64,000 bases of DNA from the human T2T-CHM13v2.0 reference genome, Homo sapiens: assembly GCF_009914755.1 (NCBI RefSeq), contig NC_060938.1. One strand, 5' to 3'. Below the pieces are notes generated by a model. That model was given only the letters and a program-made list of their open reading frames with translations. It was not told the origin of the DNA and searched no databases. Made by a program: the position numbers and the translations under genes. This document shows, piece after piece, positions 52,271-64,000 of this stretch. Numbering within the stretch: position 1 is the first letter of the stretch; the number at the start of each line of letters is the position of its first letter.

Positions 52271-53489
52271 CAACTTGATTGATTATAAGCCTCATAGGGA
52301 ATTTGGCACTAAATTTCACAGTGCCTCTCTTCTTTACATTCTCTGTTAGTTAAGTGGGAATTTTCTTTTGCTATTCCTTTTCAAACATAATTGATACTGA
52401 AAGCAGTGAGCCCATGGTTCACAGTATCCTGCACAGGGTCCCCTCTAATATTCTGCAAGCACACTTATCACCGCATGTGTATGAGAAAACTACCAGAGGC
52501 AAAAACACTAACGGCTATGAAATGAGGGAGGCATTTTGTGAAACCTAGTGAAGGCATACATCTTGGATTTTGCTCAGAAAGCCAGCTGTTGTGTTCAAAG
52601 AATGCATGCTTATTTATCCTTGCTTGAGTCAATTAGAGAATGTTGGAGCTGGAGGAAGTCTAGGAGGTGTTATTTCAGAAAAGAGAATACAATATGGAGT
52701 CCCAGGATCAAGAAGCAACTTTCCCAAGGGCCGGGGTTGGGACCCTGATCTTTGGGCTACAGCTGGGTCTATCCCTGCCTGAACTTCCCTCCCATGGGGT
52801 GTGGCCAGCACCTCTTTCTGGAGGTGCTAAGACAGCTTACATGTGTACAGACTGATGGTTCATATTTGAGAAGATAGCATCATGAAGGTGCTCATTCAGT
52901 CATTTGTTCATCCAGCAAACTGAGCACCCTCGGTGCCTGGCAGTGTGCTGGGATCTGGGAGTACAAAGATAAATCAGACGTAAACTATGCCTTTACCAGG
53001 GCTGGTGCTAGCCGCCCCATGAATTATTAATTACAAAGCTAAGACCTGATCATCTTGCTCAGGAGTCTCCGGGGGAAGAGGCACGCATGAATTGCTAATA
53101 CAGAAGGTGAAGGTTATTTCAGGGATGCGGGTGATGCTTTGTGAGAGACAGGTGGTCAGACAGGGAGGCTGAGACAATCAGAGAGTGCCAAGTTCCAGGA
53201 CTGAGGCTACCTGGGCTCTCTGCCTCCTCTGTCACCCCCTCTACCTCCCAGCCAAGATTCTGCAAACACAACAGAAAGGCAGGAGTTGACATCTCAGGGG
53301 TCGCAACACCTTGTCTTCCCCGAGGCTCAGTGAGGCTTTGTCCGCTGTATTCATTTAACACTCCTGACGCCTGTAAAGACGATGAAGCTGGCAACCAGAG
53401 AGAGCAACTGCAAGCTGCCCAGGCTCAGTTTTGCTTCATCAGAGGAGCAGCTGTCTTCTCATTATGAGATGCATCGTTAAAAGCTTTGG

Positions 53490-53860
53490 ACTTCTGCTTC
53501 CAGCCAAGATGGAGTAACAGGGGCCAGATCTGCCCTCCTGTCTGAAACATCCAAAAACCATACCAAAGATTTGAAACAGTGGTTTTTAAAAGAGGCAGCC
53601 AAAGACACTGATTTCCCAAGAGACGATGAAACAAATGAGGTGAGTCCTACCATAGGCCCAGCTCACTGCCTTGAGAGAGTTTCCAAAACAGTAGTGCAGG
53701 AAGAGAGAATCCGCAGGGCCTGGCCAGCTCCATAAGTTGGAGAGATTCAGCTGAGAGTCCAGAGAGTGAACAACACAGATGAGGTCTCTCCCCAGGGGAA
53801 CTCTGAGAAGAGTAGAAGCAGCCAGTGGTGAGCAAATACACCAATAAATATATAATGGCA
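53490..53860 (+). mobile_element. Old L1M 5' UTR fragment
   Basis: Begins acttctgcttccagccaagatggagtaac, the same 5' motif as the antisense L1 ending at ~12640. Confidence 0.65.
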
Positions 53861-56800
53861 CATCGTGGCAAGTGCTGGGAAATAAATAGAAAAGAGAGGT
53901 CCCATGGATGTTTGCAGAAGAAGCAGGTGGGGTGGGTAGCTTTGGATGTGCCCACCTGTATGGGGTCCAGGGAGGCTAAGGAGACCAAGGAGACCAGAAA
54001 ATTCCCTTGGGCAGGGTAGGGGAGGTGGACGTGTGGACCCACCCAAGGTCCAATGCATGAAAGGAATGTGTGAGGTCAGACAAGCCCTCCAGGTACTCTT
54101 GGTGGCAAATGCCTCCCCTATCGTCCTCATAGGGTTTTTGTGACTATCAGAGGAGATGATGGAGGCAGCCTTTTGGTGGGTACCAGGAGTAGGAAAGACT
54201 TCAAGACACTGCTAGGCACAATGGCGCATAGCTCAGTTATATTCCCCTTTCAGAAGTGGAGAAACAGGCCACACAGCCAGGGGCCTTGCGACGGTACTCA
54301 CAGCTAACTCAGTACATACTAATGTATGACCCGGGCAAACAGCTTTCCCCGTCAGAGCCAGCTGTTGGAGAGAAGCTGCACACAGGAGGTGCTGGACTGA
54401 CAGGAGGGAACAGAGCCAGGGATGAATGAATCAAACAGATAGCGAGTAGGTTGGAAACAATCTCGGTTTTGCAAGATATCTTTAAATAGGAATGCCGTCT
54501 GAGTCTAGAAGAGGGGAGTGAGAGCCATGTTCTTGGTTTTAAAATTGCTTCTCCACTGTGAGATGGAGGCTTTATCCACTGCTGGGTCTCTTGACCCTGT
54601 GAGTGGCAGCCCACTCGCCCCCATGGCTCCCTGGTTCCGGAGCACAGCCTGAGTACCAGACATTGCTGGTGACACCATGGGCATGCTGGGGGCCTCTGGG
54701 CCTCAGAGGCATCATTAGATGGCTCTCCTAACTTTCCAAGTCTTTGGGGACTCAAGCCCTGGGCTGCATGAGCAGCTTCCTGACTGTTCCCCAGGAGCTG
54801 AAAGGACCTGGCGCTTCACTGGCCTTGATTGTAGTCAGGTGGGAGCTGTCACTGCAGTTGCTGTCTCTGCTTCCGGCTTCCTGAGCAGCCCAGCTCCGGG
54901 CCCATCAGGCGGGTCACAACCGCTGACAATGCAGTCTAGTGCCACTTGTCTAGGACCCCCCTGTGCCGTAGAGATCAACCTCCGTCTCCCTCAAGGAGCC
55001 GATGTCGGTGAATGTGCTTCCCAAGACTCCGAGGTTAAGTTCAGCCTTTGCTGTGGGAAACCGAAGGCAGAAGCACCTGGGCTGGGAGTTGTTTCTCTGT
55101 CTTAAAACCAGTGTGGGCCTGGTGACTCGGCCATGGGGAGCAGAGGTGAAAGGAGTCACAGCCCTGCTTCAGGGACAGTCTCATGGCACCGCTGGTCCTC
55201 AGCGTGTGCAGGGGTCCCCTTTGGCACCGCTCCCTCCCGCCCACCAAAGGGTCTTGAGGAAACTGTCCAGAATGTCACGGAAAAGTGCAAATGCACGGGA
55301 CTCGGTGCGCGCTGAAAGGGGGCGGGACGCTGAAAAGCACTTAGGAACGTGTGTCCTCTTCGGCCCTGCCTCAGCCAGCTTGCTGAAGCGCCCGCTGGTT
55401 TTGTCTGTCTCACAAGGACAGTGTGGGGGCCGGAGCTTTGCTAAAGATTTGTGTGATGCAGAGTCTGTTTTGTAGACCCTTTGGACAGAGGCAGAAACTG
55501 AGGATCAAAAAGGGGAGGACCCTGCCCGAGGCCACACAGGGACCAGACCCAGGTCCTCTGGTCTCTCAGCCTCATTTATGAACTGCCCCCCAAAGCACCA
55601 CAAAGGACGCGGTTTCTCAGAAGTCTCTTCTGGGCTGACCACCCTTTCCCTGCCTCAGGGCCCCCAGCCCCAAGGCCACTGAGGAAGGAGTGGTGTGGGG
55701 GTGGGGCCGGCCACTCTTCTGCGGTGCCTGCCCCCACACAGGGTCCCATTGTCTCAGGGACACAAGGGCCGCCTCTCAGGCCACTGCTCTCCATTCCTGG
55801 GCACAGGGTGCCCTTGCGGAGGCCGGTGCCAGGGCGTCCACCTCCTATGGCGGCTGGGGGAGGTCTGGAGAGCCAGCCTGGGTGCGGGGCTGCTCACTCA
55901 CTCCTCACCCCGAAGGCAACCAGAGCATGTGGGCCGCACTTGAAAACCACAAATACAAAATCAGACCTCGATGCCTTGGCCAGCCTCTGCAACAAGCCCC
56001 TATTTCTACAGAGAAATGAGAAATCTCCTTTGGGATGTGACTGGATGAACACGGTGCCCTTGTGCGCCTGCAATTCAGGGCCCCCCCACGCCTTCTCTGC
56101 CAGTGGGAATTTGGCTCAGGCTTCTGGGTTTAGCATGGAGACCCCCTGTTTCATAAGTCTCCCCAATTCCTCCCTCCAATCACGGATTCCTACAGCAGGA
56201 AGCTCTTGGCTGCCCATAACCACAGGTGAGAGGCACCCGTGCCTGGCCCATGCTTGACAGAAAGCCAGGGAGGTGCATTTAGCCTCCCTGGGGCACAGAG
56301 CTCCTGGGGGTGCCTCAGTGGCCTGCCTTTTCCAAAACTAAGGGACACACCCTTCTCTACTGTGCAGGAGGGAAGCAGCTTGTGGGCACTGTAGCCTAAA
56401 TGGGTCTCTTGCCCTGCAGCCTGTAGCCCGGGGCGGGGGTGGGAGGGGAGTGTCCCCGGGAAGTGATGCTGGCTTGGCCTGTTTTGGGGCAGTCTGTCTC
56501 TTGCCCACCTCCCCCATACTGCCTCCTGCATGCCAACCATGCCCCTTCCTGCCCCAGGAAGCTGGGCTTCGGTGGCCGGCAGCACTGAGCACGTCCCCCC
56601 TCTCACCCACCATAGACAGGAACAGTGGGCCTGTGGATATGCATAACGCCTTGGTCAGCCTGTGGTGGGTGGTTTGGCAGGAAGTCAGACCTCAATATGC
56701 CACCAGGACGGTCTCAGGGCTCCAGAGCAGCCCAAGCCACAAGGGTGGGCCAGGCTGGACTCTTCGCTGAGCTTCATGGGGAGAGTTGTCAGAGCCCCGG

Positions 56801-57749
56801 GTCCCACCCTCACTGCTGTACGAGTGGCCCTGAAAACATCCTCTCTGCCCTCAACCTCTTCTCAGCAACTGCTTTGTGTGTGCAGCGCCTTTCAGGCCCC
56901 CAGCCCCAGCCTGGTGGGCCCCCTGTGCTGGAGGCATCCAGCAGGGAGTGGGGCCTCCTTGCCCCACGCTCCTCAATACCGCTGGGGCAGTGCCTTCCTC
57001 CTGGCTCAGGCCCCCACCTGGGCATTCCCTCTGCCCTCTGAGTGGCCACATCCTGTGGCTGCTCCCTTCAACCCCCTCTCCACCTTCTTCCTGACTCCAG
57101 CCCTGTGCTGGGTCGGCTGGGTTATCACGGTTGTCCCATCCCCCTGCCAGCCCCTCCTTCCTGGGATATCACATCAGCTGCCCAGTTCAGCACAGTGGTT
57201 ATCCACACGGGCTTTGAATCAGAAGTACCAGGAGTTAAAATCCAGATCCTGACTTTGGGCAAGTCATTGACTCTGTTAGATTTAATCTCAGTTTCTTCCA
57301 CTGTAAGTCGGGGGAAGGCAACAGAACCGCCTCCTCAGAGCTGGTGCAAAGACAACGTGAGAGACACGATCAGAGAGCCAGCAGCAGACACCCCTCCGCC
57401 GCTGCCCCCATCCTTCCCCTTCTCCCTGCAGAACTCTGATTCCCCTCCTATATCCCCCACCCTCCAGAGGGCCTAGGCTTTGGGAGAGGCGGGCTCAGCC
57501 TAGGAGGTCGGTTTTCAGGGGTCGCAGCCGGGCCTGGTTGTTCCAGTACTTATGCCCCTAATTGGTTTAGAGGTCATAGAGTTCCCGCAAGGACAGGAGA
57601 GGAAAAGTCTGCTGGGGGCTCCTGGGAATGGTTTCCCAGCTCTTAAGGGAGATGCAGAGGAGGTGGCTTCTCCTCCTGCACACTGCTGTGTCCTTTACTC
57701 CAAAGCTGAGCAGCTTATGGGGGCTGAGGGTGCTGGGGTGCAGGGTTGG

Positions 57750-58900
57750 GGGGCTCTCAGTGTGACGCACGGTGGTCAGGGTCAGTCTCCAGAGGAGACA
57801 CTGGAGCAAAGACTGGAATTCGGCAGGGAGTTCATCATACAGGTATCTGGGGGAAGGAATGGCTGGAGTGCAGGCCCGGAGGTGAGTGTGGGCCTGGCAG
57901 TTCTGGGGAGCAGGAAGGAGGCCAGTGTGGCCTAGAGGGAGTCGCGAGGGGAGACTAGAAGGAGATGGGACCACATGGGGCCATGGGGATGCCATAAGGA
58001 GGCCATGGGGAGGACTTAAGAGAGGGTGGTGAATTCTGACCTACAGGTCAGCACAGTCCCTCTGTGTTTAAACTGGGTGTGTGGCGTGGGGGAAGGGCGG
58101 GAGGCTGCGGGGATACTGCTGATAACCTAGCAGCGAGATGGCGGGGCTCAGACTCAGGGTTCTCCGCAGAGGCGGTGAGGAAAGGTCAGAGTCTGGAAAT
58201 GCTCTCGAGGTGGATTTCATGGAAATGTGGATGTGGGCAGCAGACACAGAGAGGAGCTAAGGATGACTCTGAGGGTTTGGGGCTGTGCTTGTGGGAGGAG
58301 GAAGCTGTCACCAACTGATGGGGAAGATTACTGGGTCCGTGCAGCTTTGGGACGGGTGTGGAGGTCAGGTGTGAAGTCTGAAATTGTCACACACCACGGG
58401 AGACAGTGAGAAAGCAGCTGGGGCCGGACTCTGCGTTGAGAATCGAGAACTGGAGGCAGGCATTTGGCAGTGGCCAGCACCTAGCCCTGAGACTGGAGGG
58501 GGTTGTCAAGTGGGAGAGGGTAGGCAGAGGGGAGAAGAGGGCCAAGGCCTGGCCCTGGGGCACCTCAACATGAGGAGGTGCAGAGGAGGGTGACAGGGGA
58601 GGCTTGTGAGGAAGGCGGCCCAAGCCATCCGGTCCTGCAGCCACGTCAGGAAGGGACGTCCAGGAGGAGGGGAGGTCAAGTGTGTCCACCGCAGCTGATG
58701 GTCAAGTACAGCGAGGCTGGGAGCCAGCCATGGGATGGTGCCACGTGGCAGTTGCTGCTGGCCGCTGAAAAGTGGTTTGGCGGGAGTGGAGGGAGGAAGC
58801 CGGATTCGGGGAGTCAAAGAGAGAATGAGAGGAAATGGAAATGGTGGGGATGCACAACTCGCGGTTCAAGTTTTGCTGCAAAAGGGAGCGGCATCGTGGA
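57750..58900. mobile_element. Diverged L2 fragment(s)
   Basis: Purine-rich L2-like motifs (ggagcaggaaggaggccagtgtggc, aaggatgactctgagggttt); boundaries are approximate. Confidence 0.55.
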
Positions 58901-58944
58901 GCCATATCTGGGGGGAGAAGTCATGGGAAGGATTTCAAGGCAGG

Positions 58945-59570
58945 AGGTGGAGTGTGTGAGTGTGTGAGAGTGTGAGTGTGGGGGAGTGTGTGAGTGCATG
59001 GGAGTATTGTGTATGAGTGTGTGAGAGTGTGTGGGGGAGTGTGTGAGTGCATGGGAGTATTGTGTATGAGTGTGTGAGAGTGAGTGTGTGACAGAGTACA
59101 TGGGAGTGCATATGAGTGTGTGAGTGTATGAGTGTGTATATGAGTGTGCGAGTGGGAAGTGTGTGGAGTGCAAGTGTGTGGGAGAGTGTGTGTATGAGTA
59201 TGTGAGAGTGTAAGGGGGACTGAGTGTGTGGGAGTGTGATTGTGTGTGAGAGTGTATGAGTGTGTGTATGAGTGTGTGTGAGTGGGGACTGAGTGGGAGA
59301 GTGTGTGTATGAGTGTGTAAGAGTGGGGGACTGTGTGGAAGTGTGATTATGTGAGTGTGTGTATGAGTGTGTGTGTATAAGTGTGTGAGTATGAGTTGGG
59401 ACTGAGTGGGAGAGTGTATATGAGTGTGTGAGAGTGGGGGACTGTGTGTGGGAGTGTGAGTGTGAGTGTGTGTGTATGTGAGTGTGAATGTGTATGTGTG
59501 TGAGTGCGTATGAGTGTGTGAATGTGTATGTGTGTGAATGAGTGTGCATGAGTGTGAGAGACTGTGTGAG
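58945..59570. repeat. Complex (GT/GA)n tract with higher-order duplications, CA-rich on the PRIMA1 transcript
   Basis: gagtgtgtgagtgcatgggagtattgtgtat occurs twice; gggactgagtgggagagtgt occurs twice. Confidence 0.92.
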
Positions 59571-61180
59571 TGCTGATGGCTGTGGCCCAGGCGAGGGGGA
59601 AGAGCTGAGCCCAAGGGGGCCTGTGCCCGGTGTGTGTGATAAAGTGAGAGCAGGGAGAGAGGGGTGAGGGGCCCACAGGGAGCAAGGACAATGCTTGGCC
59701 AGATGACGAAACTGAGATTGAACCCAGACAGTCTGGCCCCAGGGCCAACCTGTGACGGCTGCATAGACACAAAGCAGGCAAGTCCCCGCATGTGACAAAC
59801 GGCCAGGAGAGACGCTTTGGGGGACTGGAGGGAGCAACGCAGTGTGTGGAAAGGGGCGATAGGGCCACCCTGGGCATCAGGAAGGCCTCTCTGAGGAGGC
59901 GACGTTCAAGCTGAGCCCGACAGGGTGCAGGAGCAGTCCTGTGAGAAGGTGCCAGCAAAGGAAGGAACGGGGGACACAGGCAGCGGCACCGGGAGCCTCT
60001 CTGCCCCCCTGGCTGGTGGCCGAGGCCCTTCCTGAGCCCTGGGTGAGGGGCTCTGTGCCCTTCCATCTATGGCTCCTTATCTGTAGCCTGTGCTCTGCGG
60101 GCCACTTGCTCCCCTGGCTTATCTATTTCTGCCTGGTGCTCTGTGCGCGGAGCCCAGTGTGGTGGCAGATTGGCTGCTTATCATCAAGGGCACTGTTCTC
60201 AGGCTCGGCTCCTGAGGGGACATTAAAAAAAACCCCAATACATTATTAATAATTGTCTCCATCATTCCTGTGCCTAATTAGGAAAGGAAAATTATGAATC
60301 GGGCTTATGTCTCTTGGTGGGGGCAGCCTCAGCTTTTCCCGGTGCAAGGGAGGGTCTGGGTGGAGGCTGGGGCAGGAGCCGGGAACAGCAGGACACTGCC
60401 TGATAGAATTAATTACGCTTCTGGTAGCGACTGGAGAACACGTCCCCCTTGTTTTTGCCCAAATAGCCCTCTTTGTTAGACTCCTTAAGGCAAGGCCTTG
60501 TTACTCAACAGCATCTACTCTCTTTTAGTAGCTGCATTCCACCCTTTTTCTGTCCTGGCCCTTGGTCCCCTCCCCAGATCTGCCAGGCCTTCTGTTCCCA
60601 CCAGGGCTGCAGACGCACGGCTGCGCAGAAGGTCCGCATACTTGCCAGCTTTAGGGCAGCCCAGTGCCTTTGAGAAGCAACGAGAGGGGGCCACATGCAG
60701 AACTGTGCCCACCCACCCTCGCTGCCTTGATGACTCCTCCTCATTCAGCTGCGAATCCACTCACTGATTCGCTCAATACACATCTGTTAAGAGCCTGCTG
60801 TGTGCCATGCACCATGCTAGCACTGGGGACAGGATGGACCCTGTCCTCATGACGCTTATAATCTACTGGAAATTGGACATTCATTAAATCATCACCAAGT
60901 AAATGCAGACTGATTCCCAGCTCACCGAGACACTTAACTACATGTGACTTTGGTAACAACAACAGGAAGCTGACAAACAAAAATGAGAATGACTTGACAT
61001 GGAGAGCCAGTGTGAGCTGACTGAACGTAATGAGCTCATCTTTGCTTGTGAGAGCTCGTGACCTTGGGAAGGGAGAATGCTCCCAATGGTATATATTAAA
61101 CGCCCAGCAGAGCCCCAGCACCTAGTTGATGCTCAATAGATTGCTTTCTCTCATGGGGGCACTTAATTAACAGGTGATGA

Positions 61181-61858
<678 letters not shown>

Positions 61859-61927
61859 TCATCAGGTAGAACGTGCTCTGTCTAATTTGTTGTAATCACT
61901 TTGCAGAGGGGTTCAGGGTCAACTTAG

Positions 61928-62100
61928 ACCAGTGGTTGACACTGATCTGAAGGCCAAATCTGGCCCACCACCTGTTTTATAAATAAAGTTTTACTGAAAC
62001 ACAGACACACCTATTTGTTTACACCTTGTCCATGGAAGTCTGTATGGCCTGCAGAGCCTAAGATACACTATCTCGCCTTTTACAGAAAGTTTTTTTACCC
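61928..62100. mobile_element. MER58-like hAT fossil
   Basis: ggccaaatctggcccaccacctgttttataaataaagttttactgaaacacag. Confidence 0.75.
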
Positions 62101-63259
62101 CTAATTTAGAGGAGTCTTAACCTGAGATTCTTAGACAAGCTTAGAAGAGTGGTCTGAAAGTGTCCTGAAATTATACCACAAATTTGTATTTTGCAAGTAA
62201 ACAACCCACTCCTTCCGTATTATTTTTAGAAAGGCCCTTTACCCCAAATGTCACACCAAGGCCTAGGTGGAAGTCTCTGGGCATGGGGCACAGGGCTCCA
62301 TCTTGCCTCGGAGTTTTCATGGTGACAATGTGGTCAGAAAGCAAAGCACAGCAGAAAGACAGGCACAAATTTGGATCCTGACTTGGCCACACCATACCCA
62401 CTAAGAAACCCCCAGACAAAGCACTTACATTTTACAAGCCTCAGTTTCCCATCGTCAAAGGGTGACAACATTCCCTGGAAGGCTCGGGGGAGCTGCTTCC
62501 CACCTGCTGGCCGGGACGCAGGGACTCTGCTCTGGAGGCAGAAAAGCGTCACCTGAAGCTACACGTGTGACTTTTCGGGCACCTGCAGCCCTTCTTCAGG
62601 GTCTGCACTAGGGCTGCCAGGGTGGCTATGCACAAGGTGGGGAGCCCAGGAAGTGAAGTCCCATGCCCTGCAGAGCATCCTCCACCAGTAACTGACAGGT
62701 GCTAAGTGTGACAGCCTGGCTGGGGACAACTATAGGCTGAAATTGCCTTTGCAGGACTTGGCCTGAGATGGTGCTTTCACTCGGCTTCCCCCCTGCTCCA
62801 CCCTACCACTTCCGTTGCCTCCTCAGTCTCTCCTGGGGAGCACTTCATTTAAAAATTCTTGCGTTAGGGTCTGAGGACAGGTTCCACATCAGGAACCCCA
62901 GACATGAGGTTACCAAGATGCTGAAAGCTCCTGGCCTCCTTCTAAAGCATCAAACAAGAGATGAAATTATATCCCAATGAGATGCATGTGAACTTTCCAC
63001 ATTCTAGATGACTCCTTCCCAGGACCACCCTTTGCTAGTCTCTGGACAGAGCCTAAGTCCTGTTTAAAAGGGTCCTGTAGGGTTAAGCTAAGAATGATTT
63101 GAGTCCAAGTTGGGACCAAAAAGGGATGATGACACGGCTGAGAAGAATCACTGCTGCTCAGTTGGTCTTTGTTAAAAAAGGAATAAACCTGAAATGTCTG
63201 TGGCTCTGGGACAAAACCATACGTAGTATTGAAGAAAACAATATCCGTATTGACAGTCC

Positions 63260-63470
63260 AGAGCTGTGTTGTCTAATACAGTAGCCACCAGCCACATGTG
63301 GCTACTTAAATTTAAACTCCTTAAAATTAGATACATCAAGAATTCAGTTCCTCTGTTGCACTGGCCATATTTTAAGTGCTCAATAGCTACACGTGGTTAA
63401 TGGCTACTATTTCGCACAGCACAGACCTAGATCATTTCCACCATCGCAGAAAGTGTATTGGGCCGTCCAG
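63260..63470. mobile_element. MER3/MER33-like hAT fossil
   Basis: gtagccaccagccacatgtggctacttaaattt...aagtgctcaatagctacacgtggttaatggctact. Confidence 0.75.
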
Positions 63471-64000
63471 AGTGTTGGGAGGTGGGATGCTCGCTTCTCT
63501 TTCCAGAAAGGCAGCCAGGAGCCGTTTTCTTACCCTACTGAAAGCAAATGGAGACAGCCACCCGGATCCTGCCAGTGCTACCTACTTTCAAAGCACATTT
63601 TCCTTAGATTCTTTTATTTGATTCTCAGATCCCTCCCCCTCAAACAGGCAAGGCAGGTATCATTAGAACTATTTATAGATAAGGAAACTGAGGGTTCCGA
63701 AGGTCAAAGAAGCAAAGTCACAGAGCTGCGAGTAAAGTCACAGTCAGGGCTTGGGAGACCGCAGGAGGGAGACCCCCCCGCCCCCGGCAAGCCAACGCTC
63801 TGCTGAGCTGGAAACATGCCAGGGCATATTCCAACCCCACGCGGGGCCCCTCACTCCCTCTCTCTTTCAGCAGCCACGTGGCTTGTTGAGTGGAACACCT
63901 GAATCTAAAAAGTACTAAGTACTCACTATATCTTCCTGAAAATAACAAGCAGAGGGCTGCCCCGGCTCCAGCCTCCTCAATGGGCAGTTGGGCCACTGTG

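Noticed and set aside
58814-59837. Longest ORFs in the track (325 and 300 aa, His/Thr-rich)
   Set aside because: They are translations of the (GT/GA)n tract, are open in several frames and show no gene structure.
59998-60020. Possible CTCF motifs here and near 25135 and 45305
   Set aside because: Imperfect matches in GC-rich sequence cannot be supported without a PWM scan or ChIP data.

Overview
Primate (almost certainly human) genomic DNA containing two convergent neuronal genes. On the + strand are the last six coding exons and 3' UTR of UNC79, the NALCN channelosome subunit, with C-terminus ...SEAASQFYPL*. On the - strand are the transmembrane exon, a short stop-containing cassette exon (PRiMA II-type), the terminal coding exon and a ~3.1 kb 3' UTR of PRIMA1, the acetylcholinesterase membrane anchor. 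Gene identities come from recalled protein sequences and synteny, not from a database search. The rest is intronic or intergenic and contains Alus, an old antisense L1, L2, MIR, MLT1, MER elements and several minisatellites. The supplied ORF track is almost entirely spurious because the genes are spliced. The most unusual structures are: (i) an Alu plus ~170 bp of its own 5' flank copied in inverted orientation 2.5 kb away with a new poly(A) tail and target-site duplication; (ii) a ~255-bp unique-sequence direct duplication bracketing an in-frame UNC79 exon; and (iii) a PRIMA1 poison/short-tail cassette exon lying between a UG-rich array, which ends near a consensus cryptic donor, and a YCAY-rich VNTR. 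I see no evidence for a new protein-coding system.
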